The position numbers were made by a program, and so were the translations under genes. A model generated the notes under the pieces. That model was given only the letters and a program-made list of their open reading frames with translations, made no database searches and was not told where the DNA came from. Positions 39,628 through 49,108 of a stretch of 64,000 nt of DNA are shown piece after piece (positions within the stretch are counted from its first letter, which is position 1; every line of letters begins with the position of its first letter). Source of the stretch: an uncultured Gammaproteobacteria bacterium (GTDB lineage: Bacteria; Patescibacteriota; Patescibacteriia; CAYZDG01); NCBI GenBank assembly GCA_964536515.1, contig CAZHXI010000003.1, positions 9,112 to 73,111 on the forward strand. The letters run 5' to 3'.

Positions 39628-41481
39628 GTGGAAATCAATCTGAAGGAGGGGAAGTTCAAGGTAGACCCCATAGCCGGTGAGGGCACCATCAAGAGCTTCC
39701 TACGGGCGCTGTTCTGGCTCTCACTCGCAGCCCTGCTCGGAGCGCTGTTCATGCCTAAGGCAGCAGCGAGCTGGCTGAAAAAGGCCGTGGACTACGCAGA
39801 CGAAGCCTGGGATGCCTGGGAGCCCAAGCTGAAGGGCTGGGGCCGGTGGCTGGTGAACCACGTAAGGACGTGGGGCCAGTTCCTGCTGGACGGATCGCTG
39901 AGACTCGTCAGCGCGACGCTGATCATCTCGGCATTCCTACTCCTGTTCTACACCGCTGGATTGGCGTACGCAGGCCCATTCGCAGTGGCTATGGCCGTAC
40001 CGATCGGCATCCTGGTACTGGTAGCTACATCGGTGGTCAACCTGCTGCCCCGACGCCTGTTCCCCAATAAGGGCAAGCTGAAGGATGTCGTTGGCATCAT
40101 AGGCATGTGGCCCATTGCCATAGCCGTGCTCATTGCCACGCTCGACATCCGTAAGCTGGGTGAGGGCGCGGTCGCCGTACTTTTACTGGTGGTACTCTTC
40201 TACCTCATCAGGGGTGGAGACATGCAGAGGGCACGGAAAGTTGCCCTGGCCGTACTGTGGTTCGGAATTGTGTTCCACTCGGTGAAGGTTGGCTTGCCGG
40301 CACTCGAAACCGGAGTCGCCGGTGGATGGGCCAAGGAGATGGCCAGCCACGTTTCGTTCTGGGATACAGAGCGAGACAAGGCTGCCGACATTCTGCGGGA
40401 ACGTGAGCTGGTATACAGCCAACGAACCTTCGGAGTCGCTACCGACACCATTGACGTTGTCCTGCTGCCGACCTACGCCAACGGCAACGTAACCTTGGGT
40501 GAAATAGCTACCAGCATTCTGCCGCAGGATGTTCTGGAAATTCTGACGGACGAGAAGGCGGCAGCCTGGGGCGCAGAGTTCAACGATCCCCTGCTCGCGG
40601 CGCTCGGCGATACAGCCAAGCACGCCCGCGCGGCGGCCAAACGTGGGCTGGGATTCGTGGACGTCTCCCTGGTTGCCTTCAAGGACCCGGGCAAGCGTAG
40701 GGTGTTCGAGCTGGAGCATGGCTCGGTAGCATTCTACGTACCCTGGGGCTCCGTCAGCGCGGACGCCAAGCTGACGGCGCAGAACGGCCAGGCAGCCACG
40801 CCGCGGGGGGAAGAGGTACCGAGAGACTTCTCCCTCACCGGGACGGTCAACGGCCGACGGGTCGGCGGGTCGGTATCGATTCGGGATACCGTCGGCACGG
40901 TAGACGAAGACGGCTGGATCACTGTCGTCTACAACGCCACTAAGAATCCGGTTATCCGCATCCCGCTCAAGACGCAGCCCGGAGACATCGTGGAGTTCGA
41001 ATACCTAGACGGCACGGTGGCCCACAGCCGCCTGCCGGACGGGTCGCAGGACCCAAAGTACCATGATAGGAACGGCTACCACTACGCCCACGACGTTGGG
41101 CCTAGCGGCTACGAGCCAGACCAAACAATGGGCCAGAGCTGGCAGCTGGCCCAGACGCAGCTGCTGAACCAGGGCGCGCCGTACATGTCGCTGCAGGTGG
41201 GCACATCGCCCAGCAACGTAGACCTACGCACGGTCTTCGCCTACGGCGAGAGCTACGCCACAGTAGAGGTAGCCAAGCCTGGAAGCTACCTGTACCTGGC
41301 GTTCAACGATGCATTCTACGACAGGAACTGGAGCGGCTCGGCAGCCACGTACCTCCAGTCCCAGTGCAACAGACGCATCGGATGGATAAAGTTCAGGGTC
41401 AGGATTGCGCCAGCGTACGACGCTGACGCTGACTCTGACGAAGAGTACGAGGAGCTGGGCTACGCCAGCAGAAGAAGATGA
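39628..41481 (+). CDS. Hypothetical polytopic membrane protein with a large, about 400-aa C-terminal extracytoplasmic domain (617 aa; GTG start with AAGGAG RBS)
   Basis: Five or six N-terminal TM helices; the C-terminal domain is rich in Gly/Tyr/Asn (beta-rich). Confidence 0.7.
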   Translation: MEINLKEGKFKVDPIAGEGTIKSFLRALFWLSLAALLGALFMPKAAASWLKKAVDYADEAWDAWEPKLKGWGRWLVNHVRTWGQFLLDGSLRLVSATLIISAFLLLFYTAGLAYAGPFAVAMAVPIGILVLVATSVVNLLPRRLFPNKGKLKDVVGIIGMWPIAIAVLIATLDIRKLGEGAVAVLLLVVLFYLIRGGDMQRARKVALAVLWFGIVFHSVKVGLPALETGVAGGWAKEMASHVSFWDTERDKAADILRERELVYSQRTFGVATDTIDVVLLPTYANGNVTLGEIATSILPQDVLEILTDEKAAAWGAEFNDPLLAALGDTAKHARAAAKRGLGFVDVSLVAFKDPGKRRVFELEHGSVAFYVPWGSVSADAKLTAQNGQAATPRGEEVPRDFSLTGTVNGRRVGGSVSIRDTVGTVDEDGWITVVYNATKNPVIRIPLKTQPGDIVEFEYLDGTVAHSRLPDGSQDPKYHDRNGYHYAHDVGPSGYEPDQTMGQSWQLAQTQLLNQGAPYMSLQVGTSPSNVDLRTVFAYGESYATVEVAKPGSYLYLAFNDAFYDRNWSGSAATYLQSQCNRRIGWIKFRVRIAPAYDADADSDEEYEELGYASRRR

Positions 41482-41504
41482 GACGCACATTCAACCGAAC
41501 GAGA

Positions 41505-41536
41505 ACGCACCCGGAACCCGGGTGCGTTTTTCTATT
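41505..41536 (+). terminator. Rho-independent terminator GCACCCGG-aa-CCGGGTGC + TTTTTCTATT
   Basis: Immediately after the stop of the operon ending at 41481. Confidence 0.8.
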
Positions 41537-41547
41537 CCGGTGTAAGC

Positions 41548-42096
41548 CTAAACGTCCTCAGCCTCGTACGCGGGGCGCCGGCGGCGGCGCAGCTTCTTGC
41601 CCACTATGGTCATGGCCACCAGGGGGATAACGTGCCACGCCAGCTGGGCCTCACCGGTTGCGAACGCACGCTTGGTATTGGCCGACAGCTGCTCAATTGC
41701 CTGCGGGGGCAGGTAGCTTATGACCGCGGCGATCATCAGCCCAACCAGCGTGAACGACAGGATGATGCTGTGGTACCACGCGCCGTCCTCTCCCCTATTG
41801 CCCACCAGGTTGCGCATTAGCCCGGCGTGCGAGAACAGGAAGAACACCAGCACGAAGACGGCCAGGAAGCCAACGGTCTGCACCATGGGGTGCTTGGCAA
41901 TGCCGTCGCCCAGCAGCTTCTCGGCTACCGGCGCGTACTTTTCCACCGCCAGGGCCATGTAGACGCTGACGATGGTAACCACCGTGCGCTGCCGACCCAG
42001 TGACAAGCCGAATATCACCGAGGCCACCACCAGGAACAGCAGGATGATGAAGTCCCAGCTCGGGGCACCCCAGTTGATTGCGTCTAGTGCGGGCAT
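41548..42096 (-). CDS. CvpA-like/hypothetical small membrane protein (182 aa)
   Basis: Four TM helices and a basic C-terminal tail; ATG confirmed at 42094-42096. Confidence 0.55.
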   Translation of the reverse strand: MPALDAINWGAPSWDFIILLFLVVASVIFGLSLGRQRTVVTIVSVYMALAVEKYAPVAEKLLGDGIAKHPMVQTVGFLAVFVLVFFLFSHAGLMRNLVGNRGEDGAWYHSIILSFTLVGLMIAAVISYLPPQAIEQLSANTKRAFATGEAQLAWHVIPLVAMTIVGKKLRRRRRPAYEAEDV

Positions 42097-42183
42097 ACTG
42101 TGGTTAAAGTATACAACAACAATTGACAGGAACCACCCTATGCGGCGCAGCTAGCCAGCGAATTGCTGGTTAAGATCATCTTA

Positions 42184-42212
42184 TTGACAGCTTAGCGCTA
42201 ATATGCTATTAT
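42184..42212 (+). promoter_or_regulatory. Canonical sigma70 promoter TTGACA-N17-TATTAT upstream of the 42262 gene
   Basis: Hexamers and spacing counted from the sequence. Confidence 0.6.
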
Positions 42213-42261
42213 ACATATATTACTTGAATAGTTTCACGTTTCATTGAAAAAGGAGTCCGTC

Positions 42262-42621
42262 ATGGACGTCATATATCTGGTATTCGGAGGCCCCAACTGG
42301 GCGACAATGCTCGGCCTCATGGCCGCATCTACCCTACTTATGGCTTCGTACATCTTCTCGTTGTCTCGGGCCTTTCGGCACCCGAAAGTTGCAGCTATCT
42401 CGCTCTTGGCTTGGGTGCCCCTGTGGTTCCTCTGCGTCGGACGAATCGACTCAAACTACGATGCAGCTGTAGCTATGGGCGCGCCGTACGACGGCGAGTA
42501 CCTCATCAGCGCTATCGTAGTTGCTCTGCTGCTGAACATTGTGGCCGCAGCAATGGTCCAGCCGCTGTTCCATCGAGTCCATGATTCGTTTCGGAACCAG
42601 CAAGCTCACCCTGTTGCCTAA
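42262..42621 (+). CDS. Hypothetical small membrane protein (119 aa from ATG 42262, AAGGAG RBS; track ORF TTG at 42244)
   Basis: RBS plus ATG; three TM helices. Confidence 0.65.
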   Translation: MDVIYLVFGGPNWATMLGLMAASTLLMASYIFSLSRAFRHPKVAAISLLAWVPLWFLCVGRIDSNYDAAVAMGAPYDGEYLISAIVVALLLNIVAAAMVQPLFHRVHDSFRNQQAHPVA

Positions 42622-42635
42622 CGCACCAAACAACT

Positions 42636-42669
42636 AGCCGCCCCCAAATCGGGGCGGCTTCTGTTATCT
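42636..42669 (+). terminator. Rho-independent terminator AGCCGCCCCC-aaat-CGGGGCGGCT + TCTGTTATCT
   Basis: Follows the stop at 42621. Motif shared with the terminators at 986..1017 and 43109..43138. Confidence 0.75.
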
Positions 42670-42754
42670 CAAGAGCCTTTGACAGACGCCCTGCCTGGGC
42701 GCATAAATATTCGGTCGCCATTCGTTCCTTAACCCGTAAAGCCCAGGAGGCCCC

Positions 42755-43093
42755 GTGAACATCTTCGACCTTCTCTACTCGTACCTCTCCGAGAGGTACA
42801 GCGTCGCAACTATGCTGCTCTCGGCCTGTAGCTCGCTAGCGCTCGCCGTGGCGATAGTCATCGCCGTCAACCTGCGCCGACGTGACCAGGCCATGGTCGC
42901 GCTGCTCATCTGGTTCGTCCTCATGTCTGCCGCCGCCGTTAGCGCCTCGGGGTGGGACAGGGTCGCCAGCAAGCTGGTGGCGGTCCACATCTGGAAGATC
43001 ATCCTGATGGGAGGTGTGATCTACGGCGTCTTCTGGCTGGGCCGCTTCCTACTGGGGCACGCGATTCGGTCATTCAACAGCAGCGATTGCTAG
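42755..43093 (+). CDS. Hypothetical small membrane protein (112 aa; GTG start with AGGAGG RBS)
   Basis: Strong RBS; three TM helices. Confidence 0.65.
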   Translation: MNIFDLLYSYLSERYSVATMLLSACSSLALAVAIVIAVNLRRRDQAMVALLIWFVLMSAAAVSASGWDRVASKLVAVHIWKIILMGGVIYGVFWLGRFLLGHAIRSFNSSDC

Positions 43094-43108
43094 CTGCCGT
43101 AAGTAAAT

Positions 43109-43138
43109 TAGCCGCCCCCCGTGGGCGGCTTCTGTGCG
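43109..43138 (+). terminator. Rho-independent terminator AGCCGCCCC-ccgt-GGGCGGCT + TCTGTG
   Basis: Follows the stop at 43093; same motif family as the terminator at 42636. Confidence 0.7.
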
Positions 43139-43385
43139 TCTGGACACACTATTCGGGTCGCCTAGAACCTACTCATTGCGAGGGAGGCCACCGAAGCCTT
43201 GCGGAGGTGGCCGACCGCGGCAATCCCCTACTCAAAGCTCCAGGGCTTGATGAGGAGATTGCTTCGCTCCGCTCGCAATGAATAGAAAGTAGAGACTGTC
43301 ATGCCGGGCTCGACCCGGCATCTATTCAGCTCGAACCAATAAGACCCCGGATCGAGTCCGGGGTGACAGGCAGTCGTCTATTCAT

Positions 43386-43928
43386 CTATTCGTTCACTGT
43401 AAGAATTGCAAAATGCTTTTGCTTAAGCCGTTGCATTACTGTGGGATCAGTACTAGCCAGTAGCTTCCTGCAAGCAGACTCGAAATCGCTGAAAAAATCC
43501 TCAGCGATAAAGACCAGCTGAGTTTTCCCCTCTACCTCTACAATATCTAAATGAGAGTGCTCACCTGCGCCTGACTTCTGGGTTAGCATCAATCCACCGA
43601 CGCCCTCCAAATATACAGGTCGATGCAGATGGACCAATTTACCTCTGAATAGAACCTTCAAATCTAAAGCTTTGTCTTTTCCTACATACGAACGGTACTT
43701 TTGAGGGAATAGTTCATGCAAAGCTAATTCAAAATGCTCAAACGCCTTCCTGTCGTTAACCCAATCATGCTTAGGATCTAAACAAGATCCCAGGAACTCA
43801 ATTGCTAGCGTTAAGAGAATGAAGCTTGTGAAGTGGTGATCGTGTGCAATGGCACGATACTCATTCAACAGAACGCTTTCTATATATTGGGCTGTTGAGA
43901 TGTCAGAGCGACTCTCGATCTCCGCCAT
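43386..43928 (-). CDS. Low-GC (about 45%) hypothetical protein (180 aa) immediately downstream of dnaJ; possible HEPN-like R-x4-H motif (FRGKLVHLH)
   Basis: Composition contrasts sharply with the roughly 65% GC flanks. Its ATG sits 2 nt after the dnaJ stop codon. Confidence 0.6.
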   Translation of the reverse strand: MAEIESRSDISTAQYIESVLLNEYRAIAHDHHFTSFILLTLAIEFLGSCLDPKHDWVNDRKAFEHFELALHELFPQKYRSYVGKDKALDLKVLFRGKLVHLHRPVYLEGVGGLMLTQKSGAGEHSHLDIVEVEGKTQLVFIAEDFFSDFESACRKLLASTDPTVMQRLKQKHFAILTVNE

Positions 43929-43929
43929 A

Positions 43930-45015
43930 CTAGAACAGCTCCTCCAACGCGCGCTTCTGCTCCTTGGTCAGCTTATCGGGGGTGCGGACGTGAACGGTAA
44001 CCAGCTGGTCGCCGCGGCCGGAGCGGTGCAGGTGCGGCATGCCCTTGCCCGCCATCTTTAGGATGGTGCCGCTCTGGGTGCCAGCCGGGATCTTTAGCTT
44101 GGCTTCACCCTCGATGGTGGGCACGGCAACGGTGTCGCCCAGCGCCGCCTGCTTAATGGAGATGTGAAGGCTGCAGCGCAGGCTATCGCCGTCACGGGCT
44201 AGCTTGGGGTGCGGGGTAACTCGGATGGTTACGTACAGGTCGCCGGGGTGGCCGCCCTTAAGGCCAGCCTCGCCCTGGTGCTGCAGCCGCAGCGTCTGCC
44301 CGTCCGCAATGCCGGCGGGAATGGTTACGTCCAGCGTACGGCGGCGGCGCACCCTGCCCTGGCCGGTGCACTCCTTGCAGGGGGCAGACACCGTGGTGCC
44401 CTCGCCGTTGCACGTGGGGCAGAGCGTAGAGGTCTGGAAGGCGCCGAAGAACGTATCCTGCCGGCTGTTCACCGCGCCGCTGCCCTTGCACGTGGCGCAG
44501 GTGCTGCGGCTGCTGCCCGGCTCTCCCCCGCTGCCCTTGCACCTCTCGCACATTGCAGCCACGTCCATCTGCACCGTGCGCTTTGCTCCGCTGGCAGCCT
44601 CGGCCAGCGAGATGGTCAGCTGAGCCTCTACGTCGGCGCCGGCTTGGCGGCCGCCGTTGCCGCGGGCGGAGCTCCTACCCCGTCCTCCGCCACCGAAAAA
44701 TGATCCGAACAGGTCGTTGAGGTCAGCGCCCTGGCCGAAGTCGAACTGCACGCCGCCGGCGCCGAACGGGTTGCCCCCTCGGCCTGCTCCCCCGCCGCTG
44801 AACCTGGCGCCGTCGTGGCCGAACTGGTCGTAGGCCTGGCGCTTCTGCGTATCCGACAGCGCCTGGTAGGCCTCGTTCAGCTCCTTGAACTTGGCTTCGT
44901 CGCCGCCCTTCTTGTCGGGGTGCAGCTCGTGGGCCTTCTTACGGAAGGCCTTCTTGATCTCGTCCGCGGACGCACCCCGCGCCACTCCGAGGATTTCGTA
45001 GTAGTCGCGGGGCAT
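43930..45015 (-). CDS. dnaJ: Chaperone DnaJ
   Basis: J-domain with HPD, Gly/Phe-rich region, four CxxCxGxG zinc-finger repeats. Confidence 0.95.
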   Translation of the reverse strand: MPRDYYEILGVARGASADEIKKAFRKKAHELHPDKKGGDEAKFKELNEAYQALSDTQKRQAYDQFGHDGARFSGGGAGRGGNPFGAGGVQFDFGQGADLNDLFGSFFGGGGRGRSSARGNGGRQAGADVEAQLTISLAEAASGAKRTVQMDVAAMCERCKGSGGEPGSSRSTCATCKGSGAVNSRQDTFFGAFQTSTLCPTCNGEGTTVSAPCKECTGQGRVRRRRTLDVTIPAGIADGQTLRLQHQGEAGLKGGHPGDLYVTIRVTPHPKLARDGDSLRCSLHISIKQAALGDTVAVPTIEGEAKLKIPAGTQSGTILKMAGKGMPHLHRSGRGDQLVTVHVRTPDKLTKEQKRALEELF

Positions 45016-45027
45016 AGCTTCTTCAAC

Positions 45028-45126
45028 ACGTCATTGCGAGGAGCGAGCCGCAGGCGAGAGACGTGGCAATCCGCTACTAATCAGCAACACGATTGCCACG
45101 CTCCCTACGGTCGCTCGCAATGACGT
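45028..45126. repeat. Nested inverted repeat in the dnaK-dnaJ spacer (outer 13-bp ACGTCATTGCGAG/CTCGCAATGACGT; inner 10-bp CGTGGCAATC/GATTGCCACG)
   Basis: Read directly. Confidence 0.6.
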
Positions 45127-45133
45127 TGTTCAT

Positions 45134-47041
45134 TTACTTCTTCTCCTCGAACTCGGCGTCTACGGTCTCGCCGGCTGGCTTGGCCTGGCCATCTGCGCCC
45201 GGCTGCTCGGCGGCTGCGGACTGGGCGGCCTCCTGCGCCTTCTGAGCGTTGTACATCTCTTCGCCCAGCTTGCTGATTGCTGCCTGGTGCGTGTCTAGCT
45301 CGCGCCGGATTTCAGCAGCATCCTCGCTATCCTTTACCTTCTTGATAGCCTCAATGGCGGCCTCAGCTGCCGTCTTAACGTCGGCCGGCACCTTGTCGCC
45401 AGCCTCACGGATGGTGCGCTCGCCGGCGGCAATGGTGGCGTCTGCCGTATTGCGCATGTCCACCAACTCGCGCTTCTTCTGGTCCTCCTCGGCGTGCAGC
45501 TCGGCGTCCTTCTTCATCTTCTCCACCTCGTCCTTGCTCAAGCCAGAGGATGCGGTGATGGTAATGTTCTGCTCCTTGCCGGTCGCCTTATCCCTGGCGG
45601 CAACCTTGAGGATGCCGTTGGCGTCGATGTCGAAGCTGACCTCGATCTGCGGCACGCCGCGCGGCGCAGCCGGAATGCCAGACAGCTGGAACCTACCCAG
45701 GCTCTTATTATCCGGGGCCATCTCGCGCTCGCCCTGCAGCACGTGGATCTCCACCGTATCCTGGTTATCCGCCGCCGTAGAGAACGTCTCGCTCTTGGCC
45801 GTGGGCACGGTGGTGTTGCGCGGGATGAGGACGGTGCGCACGTGGCCCATGGTCTCGATGCCCAACGACAGCGGCGTTACATCCAGCAGCAACACGTCCT
45901 TTACGTCGCCCTGCAGAATGCCGGCCTGCACCGCGGCGCCGATGGCCACCACCTCGTCCGGGTTCACGCTCACGTTCGGCTTCTTGCCGAAGAACTCCTC
46001 CACCGTCTTCTGCACCAGGGGCATGCGCGTCATGCCGCCGACCAAGATGACCTCGTTGATATCCTTAGCCGTGAGCTTGGCATCGGCCAGGGCCTTGCGG
46101 CACGGCTCCAGCGTGGCCTGCACCAGGTCGTGCACCAGCTCCTCCAGCTTGGCGCGGCTGAGCTTTAGCACCAGGTGCATGGGGCCGCTGGCGCCGGTGG
46201 TGATGAACGGCTGGTTGATCTCGGTCTCGGCGCTGCTGGAGAGCTCCACCTTGGCCTTCTCGGCTGCCTCCTTAACGCGCTGCAGAGCCATGGGGTCTCC
46301 CGAGATGTCTACGCCAGACTCCTTCTTGAACTCGTCCAGGATCCACTTCATGATCCGCTGGTCGAAGTCGTCGCCGCCAAGGTGGGTGTCGCCGTTGGTG
46401 GCCTTAACCTCCACCGTGTCCGCGGCAATGTCGAGGACAGACACGTCGAACGTACCGCCGCCCAGGTCGTAAACCGCAATCTTCTGCTCGCCCTTCTTGT
46501 CGAAGCCGTAAGCCAGAGCTGCCGCGGTAGGCTCGTTGATAATGCGCCGAACGGTGAGGCCCGCAATCTCGCCCGCGTCCTTGGTGGCCTGGCGCTGGCT
46601 GTCGTCGAAGTAGGCCGGCACGGTGATGACCGCCTCGGTAACTGGCTCGCCCAGGCGCGCCTCGGCGTCTGCTTTCAGCTTCTGCAGCACCATGGCCGAC
46701 ACCTCCTGCGGGCGGTACGACTTGTCGCCCATTACTACCTCTACCCCGTCGCCGGCGCGCTGGATCTTGTACGACACCGTCTTCAGGTCGCGCTGAACCT
46801 CGGGGTCTTCGTATCGCCGACCGATGAGCCGCTTGACGGAGGCGACGGTGTTGGCCGGGTTGGTTACCGCCTGGCGCTTAGCCAGCAGGCCAACCAGGCG
46901 CTCGCCGTTCCTGCCGATAGCTACAATCGAGGGCGTGGTACGGCTGCCCTCTGCGTTCTCCAGAACCTTGGGCTGGCCGCCCTCCACCACGGCGACGGCG
47001 GAGTTGGTGGTGCCCAGGTCGATACCTAGAATCTTTGCCAT
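45134..47041 (-). CDS. dnaK: Chaperone DnaK (Hsp70)
   Basis: [18 protein letters not shown]... canonical Hsp70. Confidence 0.97.
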   Translation of the reverse strand: MAKILGIDLGTTNSAVAVVEGGQPKVLENAEGSRTTPSIVAIGRNGERLVGLLAKRQAVTNPANTVASVKRLIGRRYEDPEVQRDLKTVSYKIQRAGDGVEVVMGDKSYRPQEVSAMVLQKLKADAEARLGEPVTEAVITVPAYFDDSQRQATKDAGEIAGLTVRRIINEPTAAALAYGFDKKGEQKIAVYDLGGGTFDVSVLDIAADTVEVKATNGDTHLGGDDFDQRIMKWILDEFKKESGVDISGDPMALQRVKEAAEKAKVELSSSAETEINQPFITTGASGPMHLVLKLSRAKLEELVHDLVQATLEPCRKALADAKLTAKDINEVILVGGMTRMPLVQKTVEEFFGKKPNVSVNPDEVVAIGAAVQAGILQGDVKDVLLLDVTPLSLGIETMGHVRTVLIPRNTTVPTAKSETFSTAADNQDTVEIHVLQGEREMAPDNKSLGRFQLSGIPAAPRGVPQIEVSFDIDANGILKVAARDKATGKEQNITITASSGLSKDEVEKMKKDAELHAEEDQKKRELVDMRNTADATIAAGERTIREAGDKVPADVKTAAEAAIEAIKKVKDSEDAAEIRRELDTHQAAISKLGEEMYNAQKAQEAAQSAAAEQPGADGQAKPAGETVDAEFEEKK

Positions 47042-47056
47042 AGCTTTTAAGTATTG

Positions 47057-47401
47057 CTAGCTGATTAGAGAGGCACGCACCGCGGGCATTAGCCTGCCGC
47101 TGGCGGCCATATCCCAGGCGTCCAGCACGTCGTCAGCCGAAACGTCTTCGGCGGCGGCGAAGCGGGAAACCTCGTCGGATTCGAGATCGGTTAGGATGGC
47201 GTTGCCCACCAGCCCCTGGGGCATGGCCGCCACGCGGACGATGAGGCTGGCGCCGCACTTGGTGCACGACAGGTAGGCCAGGAAGCCGCCGGCGCCCTCC
47301 TCCAGAATGTCCACGTTAGCAGACACCTGCTCGGCGCGGCACATGGGGCACCGCTGCATCAGGCGGACATTGAAGGGGCTGGCGTTGAAGTCGTGCTCCA
47401 T
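47057..47401 (-). CDS. Hypothetical zinc-ribbon protein (114 aa; CPMC...CTKC) between hsp20 and dnaK
   Basis: Two CxxC pairs; co-oriented within the heat-shock operon. Confidence 0.45.
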   Translation of the reverse strand: MEHDFNASPFNVRLMQRCPMCRAEQVSANVDILEEGAGGFLAYLSCTKCGASLIVRVAAMPQGLVGNAILTDLESDEVSRFAAAEDVSADDVLDAWDMAASGRLMPAVRASLIS

Positions 47402-47448
47402 GGGTTCAGTGTAGGCGGAGGTATGAGTGGGCGCAAAGCATTGCGCCC

Positions 47449-47862
47449 CTACGCTACGTCAATTTTAACCTGGGTCGGCTTGGCGCGCTCCTGGATGGGC
47501 ACGGTAATGGTCAGCACGCCGCTCTCGTACCTGGCCTTAGCCTTCTGGCCGTCTACGGCCGTGGGCAGGGCCACCGAGCGGTGGAACTGGCCGCGCCGAA
47601 CCTCGCGCCGGTAGTAGCGCTGGTCGTCTACCTCGGTCTTCTGCTCGTGCTGGCCGCTGATGGTTAGCACGTCGTTCTCGATGGCTACCTGCACCTTGCT
47701 GGGGTCGATGCCCGGCAGCGGAACCTCGGCCACTACGTCGTGGTCGGTCTGGTACACGTCCAGGCTGGGTGTCATGCCGGCCACGCGGCTGCCCCACAGC
47801 TCGGGCAGCAGCTGCTCGAATTCTCGCATTGGATCTACGGGGGTGAAACGGATGAGTGACAT
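47449..47862 (-). CDS. Small heat-shock protein, Hsp20/alpha-crystallin family
   Basis: Alpha-crystallin domain with the ...GVLTITVP... C-terminal motif. Confidence 0.9.
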   Translation of the reverse strand: MSLIRFTPVDPMREFEQLLPELWGSRVAGMTPSLDVYQTDHDVVAEVPLPGIDPSKVQVAIENDVLTISGQHEQKTEVDDQRYYRREVRRGQFHRSVALPTAVDGQKAKARYESGVLTITVPIQERAKPTQVKIDVA

Positions 47863-47901
47863 ATTGGTAGGATTAAGGATTCAGGGTTAAGGGGATTAAA
47901 T

Positions 47902-48414
47902 TTATGTCTCGGCCGTGGGCGCCTCGGGCGGGGGTAGGCCGCTGGAGACCACCACCTGCGCCGGCTGTATAACCTTGCCGTTCATGGTGTAGCCCGGGCG
48001 CACGGTGCGAATGACGGCCCCGGCCGGCTGGTCGCTGGGCTCGTGGCCAACGGCCTCCTGCAGCAGCGGGTCGAACACCCTTGGCTCGGGCATGGCCTGC
48101 ACACCCATCTTCTCCAGCAGCTGCTGCACCTGCCGCTGGATGTGGACCACGCCCTGCACCCAGGCCTCGGACTTCGCCTGCGCCGGGATGTGCTCCACGG
48201 CTAGGTCGAAGTTGGCGGAGACGGGCAGCAGCTCCAGCGCCAGCGCGCCCCGCGCCATCTCCATGAACTGGCCCTGCCGCTCCTGCCAGCTCTTGTCTAG
48301 GTTCACGTAGTCAGCCTGGGCGCGCTGCCAGCCCGCCAGGTTGGCGGCGGCCTGCTCGCGCAGCTGCTCCAGCTCGTCGGCGCCCTCGATTGGGTTCTGG
48401 TTCTCGGTGTCCAT
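47902..48414 (-). CDS. grpE: Nucleotide exchange factor GrpE
   Basis: GrpE coiled-coil and C-terminal beta domain (...FDPLLQEAVGHEP...). Confidence 0.9.
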   Translation of the reverse strand: MDTENQNPIEGADELEQLREQAAANLAGWQRAQADYVNLDKSWQERQGQFMEMARGALALELLPVSANFDLAVEHIPAQAKSEAWVQGVVHIQRQVQQLLEKMGVQAMPEPRVFDPLLQEAVGHEPSDQPAGAVIRTVRPGYTMNGKVIQPAQVVVSSGLPPPEAPTAET

Positions 48415-48424
48415 AGGTTCTGAT

Positions 48425-49108
48425 TTAACGGTGCGATGTAACGAAGGAAACGATGCCGCGGCTCAGGCCGTAGTCCATACGCTGCGGGCCGATGATGCCG
48501 AACAGGGCGCCGTCGGAGGTGCGGCCGTAGACCGTGCCGAAGGCGCTGCCGAACGGGCAGGCGCTGCCGATGCGCACGTCAACGTCGCCCACGTCCTTCC
48601 ACATCCGCTCCAGCGTAGAGCCGAAGTGGTCCAGCACCTCGGCCAGCGAGCAGACCATGCTGACCTCGGCGAACTCCGGTCGGCTGAAGACGGACGACAG
48701 GCCGGTGTAGTAGTAGCTGCTGGGCTGGAACGCCACGAACACCGCCGCGTCCGCGGCCTGGCTGCCGACCCTAGCCATTGCCTTCAGGCTCTCCTCGGTC
48801 TTGCCCACGTTGCGCTCCAGCTGCTGCTGAACGGACCGGGGCAGCCGGGGCTCGTCCGGCAGCTGGCCCACGTAGAAGCGGTAGCCCAGCTCGGTGGGTA
48901 CGCGGCCGGCAGACGTGTGGGGCTGGCGCAGGTACCCAGCCTCCTCTAGGGCAGCCAGGTCGTTGCGGATGGTGGCGGAGCTGCAGTCCAAGCCCAAATC
49001 CACCAGCTGGTGGCTGGAGACTGGCTCGGCCTGGGCAATGTACTGCCTCACCAGGGCGGCCAGGAGCTGCTGCTGCCGGGGCGTAATGGCGTTTACCATA
49101 GTTAGCAA
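48425..49108 (-). CDS. hrcA: Heat-inducible transcription repressor HrcA, short form (about 224-227 aa; likely start MVNAITPRQ)
   Basis: N-terminal winged HTH (...[17 protein letters not shown]...SSHQL...) and its position upstream of grpE-dnaK. Confidence 0.8.
   Translation of the reverse strand: MLTMVNAITPRQQQLLAALVRQYIAQAEPVSSHQLVDLGLDCSSATIRNDLAALEEAGYLRQPHTSAGRVPTELGYRFYVGQLPDEPRLPRSVQQQLERNVGKTEESLKAMARVGSQAADAAVFVAFQPSSYYYTGLSSVFSRPEFAEVSMVCSLAEVLDHFGSTLERMWKDVGDVDVRIGSACPFGSAFGTVYGRTSDGALFGIIGPQRMDYGLSRGIVSFVTSHR

Noticed and set aside
43290-43385. Pair of hairpins (ATGCCGGG-ctcga-CCCGGCAT and ACCCCGGA-tcgag-TCCGGGGT) flanked by GAATAGA/TCTATTC, initially considered as a tRNA-like or ncRNA element.
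   Set aside because: No tRNA cloverleaf: the loops are 5 nt and there is no T-loop or anticodon arm. The position between convergent gene ends fits bidirectional terminators better.
45249-46472. Long plus-strand ORFs antisense to real genes. Examples: 407 aa opposite dnaK; 25104..26060 and 26415..27608 opposite the ATPase and membrane genes; 27692..28678 opposite the sigma-r4 gene; 53880..54989 opposite dnaE; 60056..61033 opposite the secreted-protein gene; 2038..2604 and 13169..14026.
   Set aside because: High GC suppresses stop codons on the antisense strand. These ORFs have Ala/Arg/Pro/Gly-dominated, low-complexity translations with no motifs, and each overlaps a confidently identified gene.
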